A stretch of DNA of 64,000 nt from an uncultured delta proteobacterium. Lineage in GTDB: Bacteria; Desulfobacterota; Binatia; UBA9968. Position numbers and translations under genes: made by a program. The notes beneath the pieces are model-generated. The model ran no database searches. It was not told the DNA's origin and was given only the letters and a program-made list of their open reading frames with translations. Below are positions 36,551-46,765 of this stretch, piece after piece. The stretch is taken from the NCBI GenBank assembly GCA_963816145.1, contig CAWFJP010000014.1:128001-192000 (forward strand). The letters are read 5' to 3'. Positions within the stretch are counted from its first letter, which is position 1. Each line of letters opens with the position of its first letter.

Positions 36551-38032
36551 GTGGAATTGCTGCATAACTTTGCCCTCGGTTTGTCGGTGGCGTTGACGCC
36601 GATGAACTTGCTGTTCTGTTTTATCGGCGCGCTGGTCGGCACCTTGGTCGGCGTGCTGCCGGGGCTCGGACCGGTGGGCGCTGTGGCGTTTCTACTGTCG
36701 ATTACCTTCAAGATGGAGCCGGCCAGCGCGATCATCATGCTCGCGGGAATCTACTACGGCGCTATGTACGGCGGGTCGACGACTTCGATTTTGGTCAACA
36801 TCCCCGGCGAAACTGCGTCTGTCGTCACCTGTCTCGACGGCTACCGCATGGCGCGGCAAGGGCGCGCCGGCGCAGCGCTGGGTATTTCCGCCTTCGGCTC
36901 GTTCATCGCCGGCACGTTCGGTGTGGTCGGCCTGATGTTTCTCGCGCCGCTGCTAGGGAGAGCCGCGCTCAGTTTCGGTCCGGCGGAATATTTCGCTCTC
37001 ACTCTCGCCGGCCTGACTTTAGTCGCCTATTTGTCCCAGGGATCGATGCTCAAAGCGCTGATCATGGCGACTCTCGGTCTGCTTGCCGGCACCGTTGGCA
37101 TGGACCCGATCTCCGGCGAGGAACGGTTCACTTACGCTACACTGACTCTGCGCGATGGCTTTGGCTTGGTGCCGGTGGCGATGGGGCTCTTCGGTATCGC
37201 CGAAGTGCTGGAAAATCTCGTCGTTATCGGCACGCAATCGGTCTATGAAACCAAGATCCAGGGACTGCTGCCGAACCGCCAAGATTGGCGCGATAGCGCG
37301 GCGCCGATCGCTCGCGGCTCAGTGGTGGGATTCTTTCTCGGCATTCTTCCCGGGCCCGGACCGGTGATTGCGTCGTTTGTTTCCTACGCCATGGAGAAAC
37401 GGCTATCGCCCACGCCGGAAAAATTCGGCACCGGCATGATCGAAGGCGTCGCCGGCCCGGAAGCGGCAAACAATGCCGCCACCGCCGGTTCGTTTATCCC
37501 GCTGCTTTCGCTGGGCATCCCCACCAGCGCGATCATGGCGCTGTTCATGGGCGCCTTGATGATCCACGGCATCCAGCCGGGGCCGCTGTTCATCGCCAAG
37601 TATCCCGAGCTGTTCTGGGGATTCATCGCCAGCATGTACGTCGGCAACGCCATGCTGCTGGTGCTCAATTTACCGCTGATTGGTATTTGGGTGCGGTTAT
37701 TGAAAACACCTTACGTGATTCTTTTTCCGCTGATCTTGTTATTCTGTCTGATCGGCGTTTACAGTCTCAATTCTAACGTTGCCGAGATCGTCATCATGCT
37801 CGCCTTCGGCGTCATCGGCTTTTTCCTGCGCCGGGTTGGTTTCGAAGGCGCGCCGTTCATTCTCGCCATGGTGCTCGGGCCGATCATGGAGACTTCGTTG
37901 CGCCAGACGTTGTTGATCTCGCGCGGCAGTTTTTACATTTTTCTGACGCGGCCGATTTGTGCGGTTTTGATAGGATTGACCGTGGCGTTTCTGATTTGGC
38001 CGACCTTCAGGCGGAAGAGCAAAAGCGATTAA
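36551..38032 (+). CDS. tctA: TTT large membrane subunit
   Basis: 'GVLPGLGP', 'YGGSTTSILVNIPG', 'PEAANNA'. Confidence 0.93.
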   Translation: MELLHNFALGLSVALTPMNLLFCFIGALVGTLVGVLPGLGPVGAVAFLLSITFKMEPASAIIMLAGIYYGAMYGGSTTSILVNIPGETASVVTCLDGYRMARQGRAGAALGISAFGSFIAGTFGVVGLMFLAPLLGRAALSFGPAEYFALTLAGLTLVAYLSQGSMLKALIMATLGLLAGTVGMDPISGEERFTYATLTLRDGFGLVPVAMGLFGIAEVLENLVVIGTQSVYETKIQGLLPNRQDWRDSAAPIARGSVVGFFLGILPGPGPVIASFVSYAMEKRLSPTPEKFGTGMIEGVAGPEAANNAATAGSFIPLLSLGIPTSAIMALFMGALMIHGIQPGPLFIAKYPELFWGFIASMYVGNAMLLVLNLPLIGIWVRLLKTPYVILFPLILLFCLIGVYSLNSNVAEIVIMLAFGVIGFFLRRVGFEGAPFILAMVLGPIMETSLRQTLLISRGSFYIFLTRPICAVLIGLTVAFLIWPTFRRKSKSD

Positions 38033-38077
38033 CCGCAAAGGGCGTAAAATTGATAAGACGGATTTCCTGGCATCGGA

Positions 38078-39079
38078 TTATTTACCATACTGCCGGCCCA
38101 TCTCGTCGAAGAAGCCGGAACTCTCCAACTCATTGACATAGCGCGCTTCGATGAAACCATCCGGATTGGCGCCGGCGACTTGCGGGCTGGAGCGCGACAG
38201 CAGGTAGAGCATCGACTTGGCCACGCTCACCGTCGGCGTCGGTTTGTACATTAATCGTTCTTTGTACAGATTATAGATCGTGTTCAGGACCTCTTGATCC
38301 TGAGTCGCGACGTATTTTTTCAAGACGGTGACAGCGTAGTCGGGCTTGGCTTTGAAAAGATATAGACCTTCGATCCAAGCTTTAAGGAAGCGCAGTGTGG
38401 TATCGGGATTCTTGGCAACGTAGGAGCGGCGCACCAGGATGCCGGAGCCGGCGATTTCGATCGGTAGTTTGGAATAGTCGATGAGCGTGCGAAAGCCCAT
38501 TTTGTTCGCTGTCAGGGTCTGGATGCCGGCGATGATCGCGCCGTGAATTCTACCAATCTGTAAACCGCTCAAGCGGGCGCCGAGATCGCCCACCGGCAGA
38601 ATCGTGACATCTTTCTCAGCGATTCCGTTCAAGCGCAGCCCTTCGCGCAGCAAAATATCGGTGAGCGACCCTTGAGTGCTCATGCCGAGGATCTTGCCGC
38701 GCAGTTGCTCGGTGCTGGTGATGTTTTTTTGGACCACCAGCGAATGCTCCAACTGGTTCATCGGCGTGGCGATGAGCGCCGTGTCGGCGCCGCGCTGATA
38801 GGCTTCCAACGCCGGCATGCCGGAGTGATTGACGAATTGCACGCTGCCGCCGATCAGCGACATGATGCTGCGTGGGCCGCCCGAGATGTAGACGAGATTG
38901 ACGTCGAGGCCATGTTTTTCGAATAACTTAGCTTCCTTGGCCACCCAAGTTTGCCCCATGGAGCCCGAGATGGCGCCGTAGCTGACGTTGATTTTCTCCA
39001 ACGCCGCGGCCAGCGTTGGGCGGGCGAGGCTGCCGATAATCACCAGGGTGATTAGGACGGACGATAAGTGTGTCATCAT
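38078..39079 (-). CDS. ABC substrate-binding protein, NMT1/SsuA family
   Basis: 'WVAKEAKLFEKHGLDV.LVYI', C-terminal 'ELESSGFFD'. Confidence 0.85.
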   Translation of the reverse strand: MMTHLSSVLITLVIIGSLARPTLAAALEKINVSYGAISGSMGQTWVAKEAKLFEKHGLDVNLVYISGGPRSIMSLIGGSVQFVNHSGMPALEAYQRGADTALIATPMNQLEHSLVVQKNITSTEQLRGKILGMSTQGSLTDILLREGLRLNGIAEKDVTILPVGDLGARLSGLQIGRIHGAIIAGIQTLTANKMGFRTLIDYSKLPIEIAGSGILVRRSYVAKNPDTTLRFLKAWIEGLYLFKAKPDYAVTVLKKYVATQDQEVLNTIYNLYKERLMYKPTPTVSVAKSMLYLLSRSSPQVAGANPDGFIEARYVNELESSGFFDEMGRQYGK

Positions 39080-39087
39080 AGGATCTC

Positions 39088-40329
39088 CTATTGGGCCGCG
39101 GCGCTGGGGATTCGATAACGCCGCAGCACGGGATAGCCGGCCGTGACCGCCGCTAAAATCACCAACGTCGCCAGACCGCCGGTGAGCGCTGAGGCTTCGG
39201 CGCCGAGCCAGGCGGCGACGAGACCGGATTCGAATTGTCCTAACTGCGGTCCATTGCTGGTGAAGATGCTGTTGATCGACGACATGCGGCCGCGCAATTC
39301 GTCCGGCGTGCTGAGCTGGTTGATGGTCGAGCGCAGTATCGAACTTATGGTGTCACCGGCGCCGGTCAGCGTCAACATGAGCACGGAAAACCAAAAGATC
39401 TCGGATTGCGCAAACAGCGCGGTGGAAAGACCGTAAATTCCAATGCCGATGACGATCCAGCGGCCGCCCCGTCTTACCGGTCCTAGCAAGGTCATACCGA
39501 CGGCGGCAAGCAGCGAGCCGACAGCGCGAGCGGCGTAAAGCAGCCCGAGTCCGGCCGGACCGACGAACAAAATATCGCGCGCGAAGATCGGAAACAATCC
39601 GCGCGCGTTGCCGAAGAAGGTTGCGCTGAAGTCGAGCAACATCAGCGGGAATATTACGCCGTGCGACCAGACGAAGCTCCAGCCTTGGCGCAGCGAGGCG
39701 AGCGAGACGCTTTTCCAACCGCCACCTTCGGGGATCTTGGTGCGGAGCATTCTCAGGGCCGACAGCATCGCCAGCCAGGAGCAGGCATCGACGGCATAAC
39801 AGGCGGCCGGCCCGGAAAAGGCGAGTACCAATCCGGCGATGGATGGACCGGCGATGATCGGCACATAGCGTTGCGTCCCTTGCAGCGCCAATGCTTGCGC
39901 CAAATGATGGCGCGGCACGAGATTGGGAATCATCGATTGGCGCGATGGTTGTTCGAGCGAAGTGAAGATCGCCAGTAGCATAGTCGCGCCGTAAAGCATC
40001 GCCGATGACGCCTGGCCGAAATAACTGAGCAGCGCTAAAGTGGTCGAGACGCAAAACAGGCCGGTCTGGGTGCACATCATGAGTTTGCGCCTATCCATGG
40101 CATCGGCCAGCAAGCCGCCCACCAGTAGTAAAACGATCTGTGGCAAAGCGCGGGCGAGCCCGAGCAGACCGATCTGCATCGGCGAATTGGTTAGCTCGTA
40201 GATCTGCCAGGCCATCGCCACGGTGGTAAATTGCGTGCCCATGCTGGAGAGAAACGAGCCGGTCCAGAAGACGCTAAAATCGCGGTTTCGAAAAGGTAAG
40301 AGATAATCTTTGTCGGTGGATGCGGTCAT
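39088..40329 (-). CDS. MFS transporter (EntS/DHA3-like)
   Basis: 'FRNRDF..FW.G..LS..G', 'GLLADAMDRRK', 'TPDELRGR'. Confidence 0.88.
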   Translation of the reverse strand: MTASTDKDYLLPFRNRDFSVFWTGSFLSSMGTQFTTVAMAWQIYELTNSPMQIGLLGLARALPQIVLLLVGGLLADAMDRRKLMMCTQTGLFCVSTTLALLSYFGQASSAMLYGATMLLAIFTSLEQPSRQSMIPNLVPRHHLAQALALQGTQRYVPIIAGPSIAGLVLAFSGPAACYAVDACSWLAMLSALRMLRTKIPEGGGWKSVSLASLRQGWSFVWSHGVIFPLMLLDFSATFFGNARGLFPIFARDILFVGPAGLGLLYAARAVGSLLAAVGMTLLGPVRRGGRWIVIGIGIYGLSTALFAQSEIFWFSVLMLTLTGAGDTISSILRSTINQLSTPDELRGRMSSINSIFTSNGPQLGQFESGLVAAWLGAEASALTGGLATLVILAAVTAGYPVLRRYRIPSAAAQ

Positions 40330-40395
40330 GGGAAAGTGTTTGTCTCCAGTATCACGAAAGCCGGTTCGAGCAAATCCAGGCAACGCTTCGATGAG

Positions 40396-41823
40396 CTAGG
40401 ATGGTGCGGTGGCGCGGATGCGGCCGCGCACCAGCGACGTGAAAATACCCGCGGCGCAAATGAGCGCGAGGATCGTCAGCGCGCTGTGCATGCCGCGCAT
40501 GAAGGCATCCGCCGGTAGTTTGGCGCCAGGGCCGCGCGAAACTGCCATGCCGCCGAGATTGGCGGACAACACGGAGGTGGCGACGGCGAGGCTGATCGCT
40601 TGACCGGTGAAACGCATTGTCGAAAGAATTGCTGCGGCGATGCCGTATTGGGTTCGGTCCACCGAGCTCATGGCCGCATTGGTGTTGGGCGAACTGAAAA
40701 AGGCGTAACCGAGGCCGAGTATCATCAGCCGTAGTGCGGTGTCCCACCACGGCGAGTTGGCGTGAAGCAAAGAGAGCGAAAAAATCGCCGCGGCGACAAC
40801 GCTCATGGCAATGGACGAAACGATGCGCGGTTCGATGCGGTCCGAAAGTCGGCCGCCCAACGGCGAAAACAACGCCATCATCACCGGTTGCGTGAGCATG
40901 ATAAGACCGGCTTGCGCCGCGCTGAAGCCCGGCACCAGTTGTAGATAGAGCGACAGAATAAAACCGACGCCGAAGACCGAGCTGTAATTTAAGAGCGAAG
41001 TGAGCACGGTGCAGGCGAATGCGGTGTTCTTAAAGAGGCTTAGGTCCAAAAGTGGCGTCGAGGCGCGCCGTTCGTAACAAACAAAAAACGCCAGGGTGGC
41101 GAGGCCGCCGACGATGAGTGAGACCGACATGGCGGAGGCCCGCCCCTCGGACAGAGTCAAGCCGAGTACGATCATGAACAGCGCCATGCCGTAGGTGATC
41201 ACGCCGACGGGATCGAGCTTTTCGGCTTTGGCGACGATTTGTTCCCGTTTGAGTTTGAATAAGGCTAACAGTATCACCACGGCGCCGATCGGCACATTGA
41301 CATAAAACACCGAGCGCCAGCCCAAATGTTGGACCAGCAATCCGCCTAGCGATGGACCGACCGAAAGACCGACATAAACCGTCGCGGTGTTGATGCCCAA
41401 GACTTTGCCGCGCTCGTTGGCTGGAAAGACGCTGGTGAGGAGCGCGATGGAATTACCCGCCATCATCGCTGCAGCGATGCCTTGCACGACCCGCATGGCG
41501 ATTAGGATTGGCAGCGATGGCGCCAGGCCGCATAGCGCAGACGCCAGTGTAAAGAGCGCCACGCCCAGAGAATAGACGCGGCCCCGGCCGCGAATATCGG
41601 CTAGCCGGCCAAACGGAATCACGCAGACCGTGAGCCCAAGCACGTAGGCCGTCGCCACCCAGCCCAACGAGACGACATCGCCGCCCAACTCTTTGCCGAT
41701 GGATGGCAACGCCAAAGTGACGACACTGCCATCGAAGGGCGTCATGAACGAACCAAAGGTGGCGACGATCAGAGCGATGCGCTTGGCCGCCGGTGTAACG
41801 ATCTCGGGAGTTTCGTCGGGCAT
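40396..41823 (-). CDS. MFS transporter (DHA2, EmrB/QacA-like)
   Basis: 'GRLADIRGR', 'GWRSVFYVNVPIG', 'PLLDLSLF'. Confidence 0.9.
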   Translation of the reverse strand: MPDETPEIVTPAAKRIALIVATFGSFMTPFDGSVVTLALPSIGKELGGDVVSLGWVATAYVLGLTVCVIPFGRLADIRGRGRVYSLGVALFTLASALCGLAPSLPILIAMRVVQGIAAAMMAGNSIALLTSVFPANERGKVLGINTATVYVGLSVGPSLGGLLVQHLGWRSVFYVNVPIGAVVILLALFKLKREQIVAKAEKLDPVGVITYGMALFMIVLGLTLSEGRASAMSVSLIVGGLATLAFFVCYERRASTPLLDLSLFKNTAFACTVLTSLLNYSSVFGVGFILSLYLQLVPGFSAAQAGLIMLTQPVMMALFSPLGGRLSDRIEPRIVSSIAMSVVAAAIFSLSLLHANSPWWDTALRLMILGLGYAFFSSPNTNAAMSSVDRTQYGIAAAILSTMRFTGQAISLAVATSVLSANLGGMAVSRGPGAKLPADAFMRGMHSALTILALICAAGIFTSLVRGRIRATAPS

Positions 41824-42045
41824 CCCGCAATGATAGAGGAAATTGTATTTTACTTCTAATATCGACGGAAAAATTCACGACTGTAGCGCCACGCATAGCC
41901 CCGCAGGCTGATTGATGAGACTCTTGCGGAGGTGTCGGGAATTCTGCTTGACGGCCCGGTTCGACTGGAAGTATTTTCTCCGTGCGCTGCTCTGACGCTC
42001 GGTGTGGCGCAGCGCAGCCGCGACCTAAGCAGAAAAAGCTAATCG

Positions 42046-42130
42046 CACCGCGAAGTCACAGAGCTCGCAGAGTCTGGAATTATCTTAATCATAAACCTGT
42101 GACTCCCCGTCCTCGGTGCCACTGCGGTGA
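42046..42130. repeat. Diverged family-A-like periodic palindrome
   Basis: CACCGCGAAGTCACAGAGCTCGCAGAG ... CTCGGTGCCACTGCGGTG. Confidence 0.55.
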
Positions 42131-42262
42131 GTCATTCGAAGGTCTGCGCAGATCGAGCAATTTTCGACGGATCGCAATGCAAAGAACGAAACATGGAATC
42201 GGAACTTGAAGAGTTAGGTTCGGAACTCGCCCTCTCGGATTGAGAACGGAACGGAGAACAGG

Positions 42263-43219
42263 ATGCAAAATCGCTTATTAAATTTTTTACTGTTGACCGC
42301 CCTGGTCTTGGCGCTGGCGCTGTCGACGGTGCACGCGCAATCGGCGGGAAGCTGGACCATGAAAGCGCCGATCCCGACCGCGCGCACCGAGGTGGCGCTG
42401 GCGGCGGTGGGCGGGAAAATTCATGTCATTGGCGGCAGTATGCAGAACAAGGCGGTGACCCTTCATGACGAATACGACCCCGCGACGGACAACTGGCGCA
42501 GCCGCGCACCGCTGCCATTCGCTCTCGACCATATCGGAACGGCGGTTTTGAACGGCAAGATCTACACCGTCGGCGGCTTTGTCGCCTCGGTTCACAAGGA
42601 CGGCCAACCCCATGTGCTTGAGTACGATCCCGCCGTGGACAGTTGGCGCGTGCTGAGCCCGCTCAAGGTCGGTCTGGGCTCGGTGGGCGTCACCGGGCTC
42701 GACGGCAAGATTCATGCGGTCGGCGGACGCACTCCTGCGGGCGATACCGTTACCACGCACCAAGTCTACGATCCGGCGGTCAACAGTTGGAGCGAGCGCG
42801 CCCCTTTGCCAAAGGCGCGTGATCACATGGCGCTGGTCGCCGCCGACGGGAAAATTCATGCGATCGGCGGACGCTTCGGCGCGAGCAATGATATGACCGA
42901 TCTGCACGATATCTACGACCCGGCGAGCAACTCTTGGACCTCGGGGCCGCCGCTGCCGACCGCGCGCAGCGGGCTCGCCGCAACCCTCTATGAAGGCATG
43001 GTGCTGGTGTTGGGCGGCGAGCTCGCGCCCAATACCTTCGCTGAGAATGAGGCCTACAATGCGAAAACAAAAACCTGGAGAACTCTCGCCCCCATGCCCG
43101 GAGGCCGCCACGGCACCGCTGCCGCGACGACCGGCGGCCGTGTATACCTCGCCGCCGGATCGTTGAAACCTGGGGCGGGCGGGGTGACGGATCAAATGAT
43201 TGTATTCAGCTTGCCGTGA
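42263..43219 (+). CDS. Secreted Kelch-repeat beta-propeller protein
   Basis: Signal peptide; repeated 'GKI..GG...YDP..N.W...P.P.AR'. Confidence 0.9.
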   Translation: MQNRLLNFLLLTALVLALALSTVHAQSAGSWTMKAPIPTARTEVALAAVGGKIHVIGGSMQNKAVTLHDEYDPATDNWRSRAPLPFALDHIGTAVLNGKIYTVGGFVASVHKDGQPHVLEYDPAVDSWRVLSPLKVGLGSVGVTGLDGKIHAVGGRTPAGDTVTTHQVYDPAVNSWSERAPLPKARDHMALVAADGKIHAIGGRFGASNDMTDLHDIYDPASNSWTSGPPLPTARSGLAATLYEGMVLVLGGELAPNTFAENEAYNAKTKTWRTLAPMPGGRHGTAAATTGGRVYLAAGSLKPGAGGVTDQMIVFSLP

Positions 43220-43894
43220 TACGTCGGGGCGTGATGTGATGAAAAGGCGGGCGGTGTTAATCGCATGGTTATGAACTCAATTCCTTGAAAATCGTCGATC
43301 GAGCATTTCGCCGACTGACGGGGAAATTACGTTACTAACCAAGAACATTTGCCCTCCTTGCCGCGGATTTGAAAATCTATACAGCCTGAGTGACCCGGTA
43401 TCGAAAAGGCCATTGCGGGTTAGGAAAAATATAGACTGTTTCGCGGTGACGCGCGGCGAGATCGCGGCTCCAGAGAGCGTCTCCGTTTGGAGGTTTATGG
43501 GTGGCGCAATGCCATCTGACCGCGCCTGGGCGAGCAACATTGGCCTGATGATCGTTCATCGGCACGTTTATTTATGAGTGCGGGAGTCAACATCTTCTTC
43601 CTCAAGATTTCTCTCAACGAGCAAACGCTGCCTGCCAGTGCGCAGGAGTCGCTCGTCCCAAGGCGTGATAAAACCGTAGCTAACAAACGCCTTGAAATTG
43701 ATCTTCGGCCCCGCTTGCTCCGCTCGCTGGTCCCGTCCGTTCGGTGTTCGCGCTGCCCGCAGCTTTAGGACTTTTTCGTTATCCCATGCGGCGAGCTTTC
43801 GGCATCGCTCAGGGTCACCGCGTGGGACTATGGTGGGTGGATGTTTAGACGCGCGCGTTACGGCGAGACGTGCGCTGGTGTGATTTCTTGTAAA

Positions 43895-44869
43895 CTATTT
43901 TCTCAGCTCAGCCAGCACTTCTTTTAACAAGCCATAGTCCACCACTTGGGCCGTGAGTATGGTCGCCTTGATCTTATTTTGCTCCCGGACCAGCTCGATA
44001 TCGGCGCGGATCGCGTCGTCGCTGGTGGTGCCGTCCTTGGAGTAGTGCTTAACGATCTCGCGCAAGGACGCCTCGGCGGTTTTACGGTCAAGCTGAAAGT
44101 CCTCGATGATGTATGGAATGATCTTGTCTTGATTCGCCGGGTCGCGCGCGAAGTCCATGCCGCGCAGCGACGCACGGATGGTGCGTTTGACTTGTGCCGG
44201 ATTGGCTTTAATGCGTACGTCGGAAGTGCCCAGGCCCGACAGCGCCGTGCGCAGAAAATCGGCGGCATTGCCGAGGCTACGGTAGCCCAATTCCTCGGCT
44301 TTCAGGTTAAACGGAATCGACAACATCGCTGCCGCTGCCGAACCGGCTTGCAGCGCCGCAAGCGCGTTGGCGGTATTGCCGGCGCTCAAGAAAACCAAAT
44401 CTTGATCAGGGTTCATGCCGGCGGCCTTAGCCATAGCGCGGGCGCTGAGGGCGTCGGTCGCGGCAAGTGCGGTGACGGCGACCGCCTTGCCTTTGAGATC
44501 CTGGATGCGTCGGGTCTCGGCTTTGACCATCATGAAGAAGATCGGTTTGTCGAGGGCGAACATCACCGCCTTGACCGGCAGACCGCTGGCCGCGCCTCGC
44601 AACACCGTGCCAACCGCGGCGATATATTCCATCTCGCCGGTGACGACCGCGGTGAGTTGCACGTCGGCCTTGCCGACAGGAAAAGTCGCTTCGAGGCCTT
44701 CATTTTTGAACAGGCCGAATCTGTCGGCGAGGTAGTAATTTAGAAACGTCAGGCTTTTGGATGGCATGGCGATGCGAATCGGTTCGCCGAAAGCGCCGCC
44801 GATGGCGAAGCCGATTATTCCCAGGACAATCATTGAGCGTAGAATTGTCATCCGAGACACGGCGATCAA
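43895..44869 (-). CDS. ABC substrate-binding protein, NMT1/SsuA family
   Basis: 'GLFKNEGLE', 'IQDLKGKAVAV'. Confidence 0.85.
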   Translation of the reverse strand: MIAVSRMTILRSMIVLGIIGFAIGGAFGEPIRIAMPSKSLTFLNYYLADRFGLFKNEGLEATFPVGKADVQLTAVVTGEMEYIAAVGTVLRGAASGLPVKAVMFALDKPIFFMMVKAETRRIQDLKGKAVAVTALAATDALSARAMAKAAGMNPDQDLVFLSAGNTANALAALQAGSAAAAMLSIPFNLKAEELGYRSLGNAADFLRTALSGLGTSDVRIKANPAQVKRTIRASLRGMDFARDPANQDKIIPYIIEDFQLDRKTAEASLREIVKHYSKDGTTSDDAIRADIELVREQNKIKATILTAQVVDYGLLKEVLAELRK

Positions 44870-44947
44870 TCTTGCTTAATTTTTGATGACAACCAGGGCA
44901 CGGTGATGGGCGGTTCTCAAACGGATCTGTACGGCTCTGCGCCGGGC

Positions 44948-46540
44948 TTAGCTATTGATCGCCAACCCAGGGTATTCTGTTGCGGCTTTTGGCTGCGTGG
45001 CAATCTTGCTGCGCTCTAGGTAGGAGGCTAAGACCGTGCGCATGAATTCAAGCTCGTTGCCGAAAAGCGCTTTGATTCTGTCGATCAAGAAATTATCGAT
45101 AAAAAACAGTCTGGCAGGATCAATATGAAAGTCGGCCTTCAATGTTTTGCCGAGCTGCTGCTGTCTCATGGCATGAGCGCGGATGGCGACATCCAAGGTG
45201 ATCGCCTGTTGCCGATCGGCCGCCGAGGTCAATCTCTCGGCGATCTTGCGTAAGCGGACGCGGGTTTCTATGGCGTCAGCCAGGCGATGCACTTCTATCG
45301 GTATTAACGGCATGAGTTGTTTTTGGATCGATATCGCTTTAGCGATTCCTTTAGCTAGGTCATCAGCGCGCATGCCGTAACGTGTCGCGCAGATACGCGA
45401 CAGCGAACCGTCCTCGTGAGCTGTGCGGACTTTGGCAATGACACGATCGTTGAGCTCGGGTTGGTTGGGAATGGCCATCGCATGAAACGGGTAGAGCGTC
45501 TTGATCGCCTCGTTTTCACCGATCAAGCCGCGAATCAACAGCCCTGAGTGGACGAGGTGTCCTTGGCATAACTCTTTCATCTCCGTATCGTCATCGGCGA
45601 AGACCACCGTCAGATGGGACAACGTTCTGTCCAATGCGGTGACGGCGCGCGATAGCTTGTCGAGGGTCAAGAACCGGGGTGCGGTCTCGCCGAAATCGTT
45701 GAAACTTTTAGATCGGTCGAAACTCAAGCAGCTAACCTTGTTAATTCCCTCGTGAATCTCACCGACTTCAGCGAAGAAACGCGATTGCGCTTCACAGCCG
45801 ACCAGTTCGTCGAGCCGAGCGTGCCAATCGATGCGGCACGTTTGATCGTCGCATGGGGTTCCCGCACGGATATGCTCCACTGCCCGACGGAGACCGCACT
45901 CTAAAACGTCCCGGTCCTGTGAGCTATCTTTGTCAGCGCAGGGCGGCGCTTGATCCACGACATTGTCGTGCCACAGGTGCAGTGCAAATACTGGATCGAC
46001 GAACAGCGCGAGCCAAAGCATGGTTTCGGTTGCGTAAGCGCCATTGTGAATATAACGATTCATCTTTTGCTTGAACCCGGGTGAAATGTCGCTGTCTTTT
46101 CTCAGGGCGGCGTGGAGCGCGTTCACCAGCGGCGCTAAGTCGCTGGCCGTCAACGGCGCTGTCTCTCGAAGTTTTGCTAAGATCGGATAGAGCGGCGGCC
46201 GGATCAGTCGCTGCGCCGATAAGAATGAGACAAAGATCTGTGCTCGTTTGCGCGCATCGCCCGCCATGGCATCGACGTAGCCGCGCAGGGTGGCGATCTC
46301 TTCGCGCTTTGCGTCACTCGGCTTTTCGCTTCTATCGTGGCTATGACGTAGCAAATGCGCGTCGATGATGCTTTTGGCGCTGCCGAGTCGCACCAGCACT
46401 TTCAAGCCAGCATAGAGTTGGCGGGAGTAAGTCGATACCACCGCAGGCTGGATGGTCTCCGGTAACAGCACCCAGACCGGTTGATCGGTATCGACGGATT
46501 CCGTCGAGGTTTTGCCAATGGTGACAAATGTTTTGGCCAC
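44948..46540 (-). CDS. Hypothetical protein (530 aa, no recognised motif)
   Basis: Long ORF with AAGGAG RBS before GTG; fills gap between known genes. Confidence 0.65.
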   Translation of the reverse strand: MAKTFVTIGKTSTESVDTDQPVWVLLPETIQPAVVSTYSRQLYAGLKVLVRLGSAKSIIDAHLLRHSHDRSEKPSDAKREEIATLRGYVDAMAGDARKRAQIFVSFLSAQRLIRPPLYPILAKLRETAPLTASDLAPLVNALHAALRKDSDISPGFKQKMNRYIHNGAYATETMLWLALFVDPVFALHLWHDNVVDQAPPCADKDSSQDRDVLECGLRRAVEHIRAGTPCDDQTCRIDWHARLDELVGCEAQSRFFAEVGEIHEGINKVSCLSFDRSKSFNDFGETAPRFLTLDKLSRAVTALDRTLSHLTVVFADDDTEMKELCQGHLVHSGLLIRGLIGENEAIKTLYPFHAMAIPNQPELNDRVIAKVRTAHEDGSLSRICATRYGMRADDLAKGIAKAISIQKQLMPLIPIEVHRLADAIETRVRLRKIAERLTSAADRQQAITLDVAIRAHAMRQQQLGKTLKADFHIDPARLFFIDNFLIDRIKALFGNELEFMRTVLASYLERSKIATQPKAATEYPGLAINS

Positions 46541-46765
46541 GGCCGAACTCCTTCGGCATCGCGAGCTGCAAGCGGTATCTTATGCGGCAGTGAAGCAAGC
46601 TCAAACGTACGAAAGCTGTAGCTGCGGTGCGATGAACTGGTATCGACCATAGCCCTAGCGAGTTGGAATCTCAAGACTTGCTCGCGGCGCTTTTGCGGCG
46701 CGGCGGTTGAGATGGTAATTCTTTGCGCCGGCATCGTGCCCGGCTGTGATTCCAGCGCGTTGCCG

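Noticed and set aside
46545-46625. c-di-GMP-I riboswitch upstream of the ORFan
   Set aside because: Only a TGCCGAA-like 3' end; the GGCAAAC/GCAAAGC core is absent
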